DNA of 64,000 nt from Trichoplax adhaerens (Eukaryota; Animalia; Placozoa). Both the position numbers and the translations under genes were made by a program. The notes under the pieces are model-generated. The model did no database searches, had not been told where the DNA came from, and saw only the letters and a program-made list of their open reading frames with translations. Below, in pieces: positions 13,763 to 26,600 of the stretch (position 1 is its first letter; every line of letters begins with the position of its first letter). The DNA lies in contig NW_002060955.1 of assembly GCF_000150275.1 (NCBI RefSeq), positions 691,041 to 755,040 of the forward strand, read 5' to 3'.

Positions 13763-14584
13763 GTTGAGTTACACCAAATTCAGTACTACTATTAGTATTG
13801 CTGTTATCTTTGGCTTAAAAGTTGGATGTCAATGGATTTATTGAAACCAATTGTGACGAGATTCTGCAGACCAGGATAATATTTTTCTTCTTATTTTGCA
13901 CGGTGGGTAACTTTCTATCTACCCTGGCTTTCTACAATGCTCAGTAGGACCTATACATCCATACAATTAATCATTGTCGCTATTAATTCATTGCTAAAAT
14001 GAACAAGTTGTTGTAACGTTGCGCAACTATTGTCACATTGACATGAATGGAAAATTGTAATCATAATTCATTTCTAGCTTTGGCATAAGGTCATTTTCAT
14101 GATACTCTAACGTGGATCTCTGAATGTATCGTAGTTTCAATTTTTCAAAAAGTCTTGTAATTTATTCAACATGCTGTCCTAATACTGTAGAAGGTAAGAT
14201 TGACTAAATATGGCCTATTTAAACTCTCTATATAATAAGCAAGTACTGGTCTATCAAGTCTATTTAAGATTGAGCTAAGATGAACGAATAGAACTAAACG
14301 TTGATTTCATCCTACTTAGCCTGTATTTCTACCAATACGAATGTACCATATCATGCTGATTATTGCAACGAGTAATGTAGAATAGCATACCATTGATAAA
14401 ATAGGGGCTGTATCAGATGTCTTTGATGGAGAAGCAGTGTAATCTTCTATCGGACGACAACTAGATGGAGTTCCTGACAGGTTAATAATAATTTTTGGGG
14501 CAATTCATCAATTTTTCTATTTGTACTGAAGTATTTACAGTTAATAATTCAATTTAAATTGAATTTAGGCAGTGTTTTGAAATT

Positions 14585-14795
14585 TGCAGTCGTGATGGTA
14601 GCACAGAGTGCAGTGTACTGTACTGTGCAGTCTGTACTGTAGTCGATGCACTCTGTACTGTAGTACACAGTACAGTACATATACTGTGTAACACAATACT
14701 ATATACTGTACTGTAAAGTACGGTACTGGACCGGACTGCTACAGTGCACAGTGTACAGTGAACAATGCACAGTGTAGCCACTGTACTGTAAGTAC
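14585..14795. repeat. TACAGT/ACTGTA-rich island upstream of MDM1
   Basis: Same GTACTGTAC/ACAGTAC/ACAGTG word content as 4005-4500. Confidence 0.7.
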
Positions 14796-15626
14796 CCACA
14801 TTTAAACTCCCCAACCTGCAAAGCATCCGTTAAAAATCGGTTTGACATTGCGCGGGAATTGGTCTAACTGACTGAGAGGTACAGTACAGTGAGTCCAGCC
14901 AGGGTCAGTCTGTAGCTCAATCATTTGTAGCTTCCATAAGGCCTTCAAAGTACCTTTAAAATGGTGCTCGGTAACTTGCTCTCTCATGCTCATGGGCCTG
15001 CTGCTGCTATGGATACTTTTATTTAATTTATACCTTTACTGTAGGGACAAGTGCTTTGTTTTCTCTATCATTGAAAGCACGGCTAAATTGACTTTTGATA
15101 ATCAATATTTTTTTATAAATAGGAAAAAAGTTGATTGACATAATTAGATTACTTGGTCCACGATACTCAGTCGGACTGACTACTGCCATGTCTTGCATTG
15201 GAGCACAAACTTTACCCATTCAAAATTCCAACAGATGATCCACTCATGGAAGGGTGTAATAGATAGTACACAGTAAATAATCCTGCTGAAACGGCTGGTA
15301 TACAGTATACCTTCAATCCACCTGACCAAACAGATTTGCTCCATTGGAACGAAACTAGTACAATCACCCGTCGCCTTGTTGACAGATTACTATAGTATAC
15401 GGAATAGGGAAGTTATTTCTCGAATGGTGGCATGGTCGATGAATTCTATTATTTTCACCAATTAACCTACATTTTCCAGAAAGGACAAAGCCTATATTGT
15501 ATAATACACTATTATACTCGCGACGACGATATCATCAATGGATAGCTTTCTAAAACTAATAAAAGCTAATTGGCAATAGTAAACGTTTTAGAGGAAAAGC
15601 AACGTTTCGTATGACATATCAGGATA

Positions 15627-16245
15627 TGTTACATTATGACCAACGAAGCAATTGTTGCTATTGATAGTGAATGAATTATATTATACTGTACAGTCTAGAA
15701 CATGATTAGTCAATAATGAATGAATACTTTGAAATAACCTACTGTTGATTAGGTTATATACAGCATGCTATGCTAGACGTATCATTTTATTGGGCGTGTA
15801 GTTAATACTGCGACAGTCGAAAATGTGATATAAAATGGAAACTATTGAGTTAATTTACATCAGATTAAATTCTTAACAATTTTACACAATACTAAACGTA
15901 TCACGTTACCATCCGATAGCATGTCAGTGCCAGAATAAGATTCTGAATATCTACAATTTAGGGTAGTTCGTCTATTTTGAAATGCTCCTGGTAAGCATTC
16001 TTCCGTGATTTTCGCTTGACTTTATAAGATACCTAGCGTGATAGGCACAATCATTATTAACGTCATGTTACCAAAAGAAAAAGTAAACGAATTCATCAGA
16101 TATTGACGGAGTTCAAAAGAGAAACTGAGTTCTCGTATATTGCTCGAATAGAGATTGAAAGTAACTGTATAAGGAGAAGTAACCTAGTTATTACAGCCAC
16201 ACTGGAGATATTCACCAATCTTTACCACAACGGAGGGTTGTAACA
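15627..16245 (+). mobile_element. Old, diverged LTR related to the 43115-43701 family
   Basis: Ends TGTTACA...TGTAACA (7-bp inverted repeat). The 3' end CCACAACGGAGGGTTGTAACA resembles CCACAAGTGAGGGTTGTGACA of 43681-43701, with patchy colinear similarity inside. The flanking 5-mers (GGATA / AATGC) do not match. Confidence 0.6.
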
Positions 16246-19200
16246 AATGCACGTGTAAAAAAAAGTGAGAAATGATCATTCCTTGCGCTACAAAGGTGCC
16301 GTAGGCTAGGCTCTACGATGTACATTACTCTAGCCGGTAGCGTATCCGTTAATCATTATGCAGAGAACCAATCCCAGGATTGGCCAATTTCGTGCTTTGC
16401 CGCTATGATAAAGTGTCTTTTCAAAATAAAACAACAATTACAGTTTCTTGTAAACTTTATTACATGCATTCGGTTCGTCTCACTAAACATAATCATATCT
16501 TGCCAATAAAGTCACAAGATTAAGGTTTTCAATCTTAGACATATTTGGCCTGTATGACAGTCTTACATCGATTTGAAATCAAAAATATGTGTATGTATAT
16601 GTACCTTGCTAAAACAGCTTTTATGATTGATTGTACTGTATATGCCACTTTCGTAGAATGAACTATACAGTACAGTAGAAGCTGTTTCAGCCACGCACAG
16701 TATTCATAACTGTTAACGGATATTGAATTGGCCAATTGTACATTATTTGGCAGTTTGATATACGCCACATCCGACATTGAATCAACGCAATATCATACCT
16801 CTGTTAACACAGAGACTCGGCAGTTGAATACAATTTTACAAGTAAGGTGTAGAAGGACCGTATTTTCTCATTATTCCAACCGATCTTAAAACAATCAGTT
16901 ACCTATCCGCCATTGTAAAGCCTCGCTCTATTGAACAGCTCGTGTCTGAATTTTTTTATTGCCAATCCTTCTCGAAATATTGAATACGAGTCAATCTCGT
17001 TTTCATCGATCATTTAGTGAAACTTACCGTACTTGACAACATTGCCAGGCCCTTTCGTTATTACTAAGTAGGTGATTACAATAAGATTATGGAAAACAAT
17101 TTTTAATTGCCTTTATTGCATAGCGGATTGCAGGATGTAGGTTAAGAAATTGAAGACTTTAATTTAATTGATTGATTTCCTCTTCCGCCACCAATAAAAA
17201 ATAATATTCATTGTCAGAAAGTCTATTCAGGAGCTACTAAATACAATTTTACGGTAGTACATGAGTACAGCACCGGAATATATCCATTAATAAAAAATGC
17301 GAATTCAATACACACTAACCGCCTACTTGGTATTTTTGTTTTGTAATTGCTTTTCGTGTATAACAAAAGTGTGAAGTGCTTAATTATATAGTATTTATTT
17401 ACTTCGACGCTTACAGCGTCTGAATTAACTTCCTCTATTTTACGTGTGGGATAACAATGTACAGTATTTGTGATGCGAATGAGTATTGTCTAGATTTAGC
17501 AAACCAGACAGTCCAGATAATGTGTCGAATCAGAAGACGCATCAAGAATATCAAATAAATCGTTTCCATTTATTTGAATTGACAAACGTCTTTTACCACG
17601 CATTAAATGTCTGATAATTTCATATGAAACCCCTGTAAAGTAATTGGCTAAGATATATTCCGTAAAAACAAACAACCAATTAGTTGAATGAAATTTTTAT
17701 ACATATGTAATCGTAGTGTCGCATTGGCTTAAAATGAAAAGTAACGAATCGCAAGAAAACTGACCACTAGGACAAGTGTTAGACTACGGCGATAAAGCCG
17801 CTGAAGAAGTACTGTCTCTCTTGGATGTTATAACCATTCTAACTCCTTCATCGCTGTTTATCAAATATGTATATTACGCAACGAATACGCTAAAATATTA
17901 TTCCGTTCATCCCTTTGATTAGCCCATTTGTCACGGGTATAAGTTAAATAACTTTAGTGGAGATAGAAAGAGGCAGCTAAAGTTAATTTATAACATCTTT
18001 CTGGATCATAGTTCTCTATGAATCTGCAAAATACTTTGTTGTAATAGCCTACTAACCTCTATGTAGTGGTAGCATACGTTAACGGTAGATGCGAAAAACG
18101 TAAAGCTAGTCTAATAGTCTTTATTTCACATTTTATAATAGTCTCCTAGAAGTTATAACAAATTTTGTAATAGTTACAACATTTGAACGAAACGCAGCAG
18201 TATCCACGAGTAACCCAACACGATACGAAATTTGTTTCGTGATATCTTTGCTTATGTTTTGCACGTTAATATAATAGTTACTGTTAAGGTATTTAAAACA
18301 GCTATTGTATCGAAATATGGACACAGTACATTTATTCTAGACTTGAAGGAACATATCTTTAATATGCCTTTTGCGATATTGTTTTACGATATTGTTGAAT
18401 TTTCCTTATATTAGTAAAAACACAATTGCCCTGTGTGTAAGAAATAAAAACAAGAAAGATTACTTTAATTCTGAATTGGTAGCAGTTACATTAAAAGTTA
18501 CATTGTCTTACCTTTGATGCTGCAGAATTTATGCAGTTTATACTACTTACATTACAAATCTATGATATGTCAAACTTGTTAGAGTTTGCATGAGGTCATA
18601 TTAATATTATTTGCAAATTATATACGACATGACATACAGCACTATATGTTCTTTTAGTGGAAACTGCATTTGTTTCGTACTTTCATTATCAATGATGTGC
18701 AGGGGTCACGCATGATTAACATAGTGTAATAGCGATTATTAATGTCACTTTGGCTGTAAAATATGACGACTATGTCTTGTCAGGATAACTTAATTCTTTA
18801 ATTACAATTTGAAACTGAAAAACGTGACCATAGACAGTTATTATGCAATGTCAAGCAAATATTTTTTCAATTAGTTTCTTAACCATTTAATCTTCTAATA
18901 TTTTGACGACTTTATATAACTATAGACAACTTTATCATGCAGTATAGGCTTAGGCGTGTTGTTCAATTTGTTCTATATACTAAGGAAACGAAATTAAACC
19001 TTTACTACAGCTTCGATAGTAAATAATTACAAATTTAAGTTAACTCTTATTAAAAATATACCGCTAAAATGAAAGCACTTTTATGATTTCAATACATAAA
19101 AACTTTGACAGCATATCAAGTAATTAAAGTCATTTATTTTATTATTATTGCTTTAGTTATCGTTGTTTCACTGCTTACATGTTGCAGTTCTTATTTTAGA

Positions 19201-19502
19201 ATGCCGATAAATTAGAAGCTTGCAACCATTGTACTTGCTGACGCCAAATTCATAATTTATATGCTGTGAAAACATCAGTGTACTATTATAATCAATATTG
19301 AACATTTATGAGCAGAAATCTGCGACGATCACATTCGTGGTGATTGGTAATCCATGAATTAAATCTTTTTTTCTAAAATAATCCAAGCAAAGCGAAAAGC
19401 ATGAATATGATGCCTGCTTTATTGACGTCAAGAAAATGATAGCTACTACTAGCGGAAAACTTCAAATGAAAAAAAATTTCAATTAAACTGCATCTATGTT
19501 GC

Positions 19503-20134
19503 TGTCACAAAACAGCTTTGCAACAAGATAACGTAATCTACGATCAATAAGTCAATTCCTTGAACTACGTATCAAGGAACGATATCTGCACTATCACGAG
19601 CACTTTTGCTCTACTAGCAGACTACACAAAGACTTAAACGCCTCGTATTTTACGTTAAACACTAAGTTGGAAATTCTTCTTTATTTCACGATATACTGCA
19701 TTTATATACTATTCCTCAATAGTTCATGAGTCATAGTTAATACAATTAACATTAGAATCATTTACTGAATTAGATATTAATTTTAGCTACTGCTCTCTTA
19801 ATGCAGACAACAGTATTTACGAACATAGACATGTAATAACTAATACAGAATAGTCAGATTACGATATGTCCTATCACGGAACATTTCCATGATAATTTAC
19901 AGTCTATCATAAGTAAATTACAATCACAATGATTCGAACTGTAAGCAGATGATTTGCATTCCCTATTATAACTATTATAATTTCAGTATGTGTATAAGTG
20001 TCACTGTCATAAAAAGTCAGTGCTATATTAAAATACAGTATATCCAAATTAGAAGTTAACTAAATAAGGATAGTCTAGCAGAATTATCCTAACATAGTTA
20101 TTTCTACTGTAATACAGTATTTAACACTGTAACA
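19503..20134 (-). mobile_element. Solo LTR, family A, copy 1 (632 bp)
   Basis: Ends TGTCACA...TGTAACA with perfect 5-bp TSD GTTGC (19498-19502 / 20135-20139). Near-identical inverted copy at 55008-55637. Confidence 0.9.
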
Positions 20135-21355
20135 GTTGCGTTATACTCTGAAAGAAAGTATCGGTACTTCTATTTACAATACGAATTCCCAAGTAATATT
20201 TTTGTTTAAAATCAAACATAATATAGTAAATATTGTATAGATAACTGATGGAATGCTAAACTATTGAAACTATCCTCTATGTCTAAAATGATAGCAGTGT
20301 TAAGAGATAATCGTCCGTGTTGAATAAGCCAAGTTAATTGGCCTTACTTGATCGCAGACACTGTAATTATATTGAGATGCTAAACAATTTAAAATGAATT
20401 ACGGTACAATTGCAAAGAGAACAAAAATTATCATATAATGCAGCAAATCAGAATAGAATTTATTTAATTTATTTAACGATTACTGTACTAAGCTATTTTA
20501 TAGGGAGTCCAGTTATCTCTTTAAACCTTAAAACGAAAATATATTGTCCAGATATTCAATACTTAATTGCTTACTGTAATCGACAATATAAAATAGCATG
20601 AAAGCGGAATAAATACTAATCACTGACCATTGTAAACGGATGAGTTAGATGATATAATGTGAATATCGCAAGATCTAGCTACTGTTATCTTTACTACATT
20701 ATCGAAACTAATAGTTTAAAATCTTTTTAATTTTATCATCTGCTCCGCATGCTGATAGTAATACATGTTTCATTTGATTTTATAGAACTATAGATAATTA
20801 ATTTCTAATGTTGCAGAAACAAAGTAAATGACCTCACTGATTCATAAATCAATGTTGTAATAAAATTTCGTACCTATATGCAAATTGAGTAAGACTTATT
20901 TTCTGGAGAATGCTAGGATACCTGATATGTAATGGTCTATGATGATAAACTTAGGATTAAAAGCAATTATATCAGCTCATGCGGATCAATGGATATTTTA
21001 TTATTTTTTTCTACTTTTGATGAAGTTACATTATATATTTAGAATTGGATAACAGCTTTTTTTAAAAGTCTTTAGAATAATATATTATACTACATTAGTA
21101 GTTCAGTAGGTAATAGCAGAATTTTATTTGTATACTTAGGTATCGATTAAAAGCTTAATTTAATTCATTTCATAAATGATCACACTTCATATTGATGTTA
21201 ACACCAATAATATGGCATCTTTATGGATATTAAGTACTAGCTTAATCAGACTTAACGTATCGGATATTTCAAATGAGATAAAATAGCAGAACATTTTCAT
21301 ATATGCTACTGTAATTTAAAGAGAAATGAATAAATACCTACAGAAACTTCTGTTA

Positions 21356-23635
21356 TTATGGATGGGACATTGTACTATTGTGCTTTATTAATATTTTTCG
21401 ACATCGGCTAATATAGTATTGCTTGGTGCAATCTTGACATTTTTCTCGATAACTTTTTAAATTAAATTGGCAGTTACATTTTACGCTTTGCGTGGATTTG
21501 GTAATGTGATAACCATAATCACAGCACATTTCTTCACACGAAATTTCACCAGCTTTAGCATACAAATGACATCGCCTACCAGCAACGCCAGTGATTCTAT
21601 ATTTCTTGTTTTTAGCGCAATAGTCAGGTGATGGATCAATATAAATTAGTTCGTTGAGTTTAGGTAATCTTGCTCTCGAATTGTTTATTTTAATTACCAA
21701 TTTGGTCTTGAGTCCAGTTTGCGGGTCTTTAGCTGAAGATTTCGCAAACATTGCTTTTTTGACTAGATTGGTTATTATGCGTTTTATATCCTTATCTGAC
21801 GGTATATGAAAGAAGCAGGTACTGATAATGCTCATTTCCCCAAAATAATTGCAATGAACTTTTACTATTTTCTTTATTGCCTTATTTTTAAAGGAAAATA
21901 AAATCAGTTTGAAGAGGTTAGAAAAGAGTTTGATGATAAATATATATAGAATTGCATGATTTTCAAAATGGCTTAAAATGGCTTAAATTTTCTAGTAACA
22001 ACTTAGATCCTTTTTAATAGTGTAAATTATAAAATTATGGAACGGAAATATAGTAAGCTGTACAATTTTATAGTTTTTTTTTCTCTAAAGTAGAAATTAT
22101 AAATCATATACTATCCATGCGATATAAATTTTTAATTAAATTTTAGTCTAAATTATTACATGAATTGCAACGCGGTGGTTGTGTTCTTCCATTAAACGAC
22201 GACGATCAGATATTCTAGCACTATTTAGAAAGCTTTCCACAATTCCGAATATTCTGTGACATCTTTTAAGATGCTTATGCATATTTTCACCAGTGCTAGC
22301 ATTCAAACCAGGACAGATATTTAGAGTTGTTCCAGATAAGCATTTCCTTACGCTATTGCGGGCTACTGTTGCTGCAATATATGCAGTTCTTATAGCAGCT
22401 TCCTTACTACCTATAATTATTAAAATTAAACCGATAAATGCAATAAGATTCTAAACTGCAACTAGAAAAGTAAATTTAATGCATTATACCGGTACATCTG
22501 CATGTAGTCAATATACTTATCATAAATCATATAAAATGATATTACATTAGAATTTTAATAAAGTAGATTAATATAATAACGTCTATAAGTTATATTACGC
22601 AATTTACCGATTGGTATTGCCTGAAATCGTATAGCTGACGACTCCATATTGGTTTTACAATTCCAACGGTGAAAGCGGTATTTTTGACGACATAATCGTA
22701 TGCCTGCTTTTATCCCATTATCAATTAGTTCAGGTAAAATTGGGCACTTTTTGCAATGGCCAAATTGTGTTGTAGTTAGATCTAATAGTTTGCAAGGATT
22801 AAGAGATCCACTATCGATTGAGAGAGAAAGGAAATTTATTTTAAACAAGACAATATCTTGATTAAATTGTATATTGAATTACTTGATCAAATTTATTAAT
22901 ATAGAGTTTATAATATGCGGATATGTAATATATTCAGAATTCACCAGTAGCACAATTGCAGCAGCATTGGTTTTAAAACATTGCTGTAGTCTACTATAAA
23001 TATATAATTAATGTCATTTCCTGGCAATTTAAATTTTACTGTTATAATTACTTTAAATTCGATTTTGTTTAATTTCAAAGGATATTTTATATAGGAGCAT
23101 ATACATTTTCTAAAGTTATTACATCTATTAATTAAATGATCTTGTAAAATTTTGTATAATTGGTTATTAAGTTATAGAAACAAATTTTGTCTCTTCTTTG
23201 ACAAGGGTATATATCTATAGTAATTTGAACATTATTTCAAATGAAGCTTAATCAATTGGGTAAGTTTAATGTCTATTCAAAAAATGTATCTCTGAAATAA
23301 AGTTTTTACAATTTGAGAAATTAGAAAATATTGCATGGCTTTCTAACATAACTTGTAATAAAATAAGATAAAAATTTTGTACGTTAATAATATGAACTTT
23401 ATTAACAGTAAGTCCTTTGTAAATTATTGACGCAATTTAAACAGAATCCGCAGACAGAGCTTACAGTGTTTTAAGAAATACAAAATACGAATTTTAAAAC
23501 AATCTTTGTAGTTTTTAATGATCAATGGCGTTTATGATTTGATAAAATAGCTAATTACCTGGCATAGGGTAGAAATATGGCCAAAAAGAGCATATGATGA
23601 AGCTGATAAGAATGATATTGTTGATTATTAGTCAT
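21356..23635 (-). CDS. Highly divergent Wnt-family ligand, 4 exons
   Basis: Exons 23559-23635 (MTNN...MLFLAIFLPYA, signal-like), 22608-22810 (C..QKYRFHRWNC), 22160-22410 (G|SKEAA...LMEEHNHRVA) and 21356-21880 (LIYIDPSPDYC, GVAGRRC, SCEEMCCDYGY, CNC..C..C..C). They splice in frame with Wnt-typical intron positions. Confidence 0.9.
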
Positions 23636-26600
23636 GATTCTTCCTGATCATTTAGTCAACAATGTCAAATCAGGTTATCAAGGAATGAATATCACGAGCG
23701 ACCTAATGTTGAAATGGCGGTTTAAGAAATTAGCGATGCTATTTAAAGCTTAAGACATAAAGTCTGTCTTATTATTAATATTATGAATCATATAATTTTA
23801 TGTGGGTGCTTTCGTTCATATCTAGTAGCATGTCAATGTAATTAAAATTTTGAATGTAGATGCTATTATAATTATTTATTGAGTTTATTAATGAATTGAA
23901 ATTTCTTCCAACATGAATATTGTACAACTTGAGACTATGACAGTTTTCACCTGAAGTATCTTCAATTAACTCAATTTATCGAAAGGTTAAATAAAGCGAA
24001 CTATTCTTTATCATTTGCGTACGCTTATATATATTCATAAATAAAAGTTTTACTACAATTAATATAAAGTCTATTTAGGGAAGTATCAGCCAATTAGCCA
24101 GGGAATTAGAAATTTATTATTACGAAGTAACTTAATACAATTACTGTAAAACATTATTGTTAACACTATTTACTATCAATCGAATAAGAAAATAATTAAA
24201 TAGAACTAAATTTGGTTATTAATACTGATATTCAATATAAAATTAGTTCCTATAATGACAAAAAATAAAAAATAAATTCGATTGTTCTAAATTTACAATA
24301 AATCATAGATGGATCTATTACTGTTATATATTATTTCTGTTTTGATATGAACATTAGGTTAGCAATAAATCTAATATAGCTTTTGAAAAGACTATTGAAC
24401 ATAACTGATCTATTTCACTTAATTAAAATGTGGAAATACGGAGACCATTATTTATTAATTTTATTGTATCTGATGGTACTTAGACAAAAACAAAAATTAT
24501 ACTCTATTCTTATTCATTTTCTCCTATAGCTTCTAAATATAATGTATATCTCTATTGCTCAATGAACAGTACTTTATCCAGGACTATGCATATCAAATTT
24601 GCTATCAATTTATAAAGCATACAAATACACACAAAATTTAAGGCATTTATATATAAGAATAGAAAGAAAGAGAGAAATTTTAAGATGTAGGAATACATAA
24701 ACGAGCAAATATAATATAGATATTAATATTAAATCTCTTCCTCATTTATTAAATAGTAATTTTTTAAGTGGATTTTAACATTCATTTTCGGCCTTGTAGT
24801 TTTTTTATTACATATAGATACAAATGTCAAGTTGATTGCTACTGTTTTTGTATAATTGGGTATTTAATATCTGGAAATGGGATTTCAATGTTATTATTAG
24901 CTGATAATTGAAATTATTTGTCTTTGCTGGAAGTTTAGATTTTCCGAGAATTAATGTTTTCGAAGATTATTTGCCTGAGTATTGGATAAAAATGGACCAC
25001 AGTTGCTCAAAAAAGGAGATAATCAACAAATAACCAAATTATAGTGACTTTAAAAGATAGAATAATTTATAAGGATAATAAGGATAAAATGTCCATGGTA
25101 AAATGATATTCACAGAGATGTCTTAAAATGTGAATTTTCTGCATAGTATTAACTGCACATAAAGTTCAAAAACAAAACATATTTGAAAGCTTAAATATCT
25201 TGATAAATAGTTGAAAACTAGTACATAGAAAGTTACAGCATCGTAATACAGTTTATCCGTGTGCAAAGATATGATCAAAAATCAATTTAAAATGAATGTT
25301 AGTTTTATTACTCATGTCATACACGTAAATACGTAAATTTTACCGTATTTATATGATAATGCCAATTCGATAATTTTTCATCCATCTGAAGTAATCTTGA
25401 GTTATATAAATTTAAATACTCTATATGCAAAGTTAAATTATTTACTCTACCGCTAATACACTAAAATGAGAAAATTTAGAATTCTAAGAGAGTAAGTGAA
25501 TAATATTCACACTTCTATTACATACATGTATTCTAATTTTTATTGATAGCTCGCCAAATTGATGACTACAAGTGCGTAAATTGAATAAAGATGAAAGTTT
25601 TATTTACATTAAATGATAGATAATTATCTTTAGATGTGCAGATTATTTAAAATTACTTAGCTATTAGCCTTAATTATGTTTCCACAGATGCGATATGAAT
25701 ATTTAAATGCTATGTCTAGCGGCGCTGCAACAAAACGAAAATCCACGTACAGATTTTCGATGTGATAGCTGTAATTAATATCTAATTAGGATTTTCTTAA
25801 TCTCCCATTTAGTCTATACTTTGTACAATAGCTTTAAGTAATAATTAGTTTCAACCTTATTGCCCAGATACTATCTATACTGTAAAATCAACTTTGCAAA
25901 TGAATGACCTACTGACCGTCTGATATTATTTGTAGTTGAATCAGCCTTTCATTTATAACATTTTACCATTCTGCTCTCATGCTACTATGCTTAATTAAAT
26001 AAACTGAAATTCACCGTTGAATCGATAAAACATCTAAGATATGCGATTCATTGAGAGGTATTATCTCTCTATATTGTATGTACAGTATTCTGTCTCTTTG
26101 AAAAATTTCCGAAAACTCAAATAACAGGAACCAATTTTATACCCTTCAAATTATACCTTGCTACCTGATTGATCATTGGCTCATTTATATAATCCAACTA
26201 GTTACTACTTCGGATAACGTTGCTCGATTTTATGGACTATACCTGTACCAAAACTTATCAGGCCAATTTTTAAGCCTAATAGTGTGTTTTAATAAATTGT
26301 TTAGGTCATCAAATGATATCAGTTAACTTTATTATCCATTTGGCGAAGCGATAACTATCTTGAAATCTATCAAATAACTTGAAATGTATAGATACATTAG
26401 AATAATAGATTTAAAGAAAGATTTAGAGACACTGTAGAATATACTTCACTAATTACTGTCTATCTTATAATACAATCTCAGCTAGATATAAGAATCAAGT
26501 AGCACAAAATTCCCTAATACTGATTATGGCTTGAACTAACTCTATCAAAAGATTTGCCTTATATTAATGCTTTCCATATTGTAAAGGCCACTACCGTTCA

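Noticed and set aside
14018-14027. GTTGCGCAAC palindrome upstream of MDM1 as an X-box
   Set aside because: It lacks the spacing of an X-box (closer to a bZIP site), and a single 10-mer is not enough to support a call.
14954-14993. Alternative MDM1 first exon MSMREQVTEHHFKG
   Set aside because: The exon at 13745-13762 (MPVRFE) matches the conserved MDM1 N-terminus far better.
17701-17870. '*PLGQV' resembling the WPLGRV motif of BEL/Pao integrase C-termini
   Set aside because: Only about five residues match, the surrounding sequence does not fit, and no polypurine tract follows.
17929-18178. Possible further solo LTR (TGTCAC...GTTACA, flanks CCATT/ACATT)
   Set aside because: Both the terminal repeat and the TSD are imperfect, it is only 250 bp, and there is no second copy.
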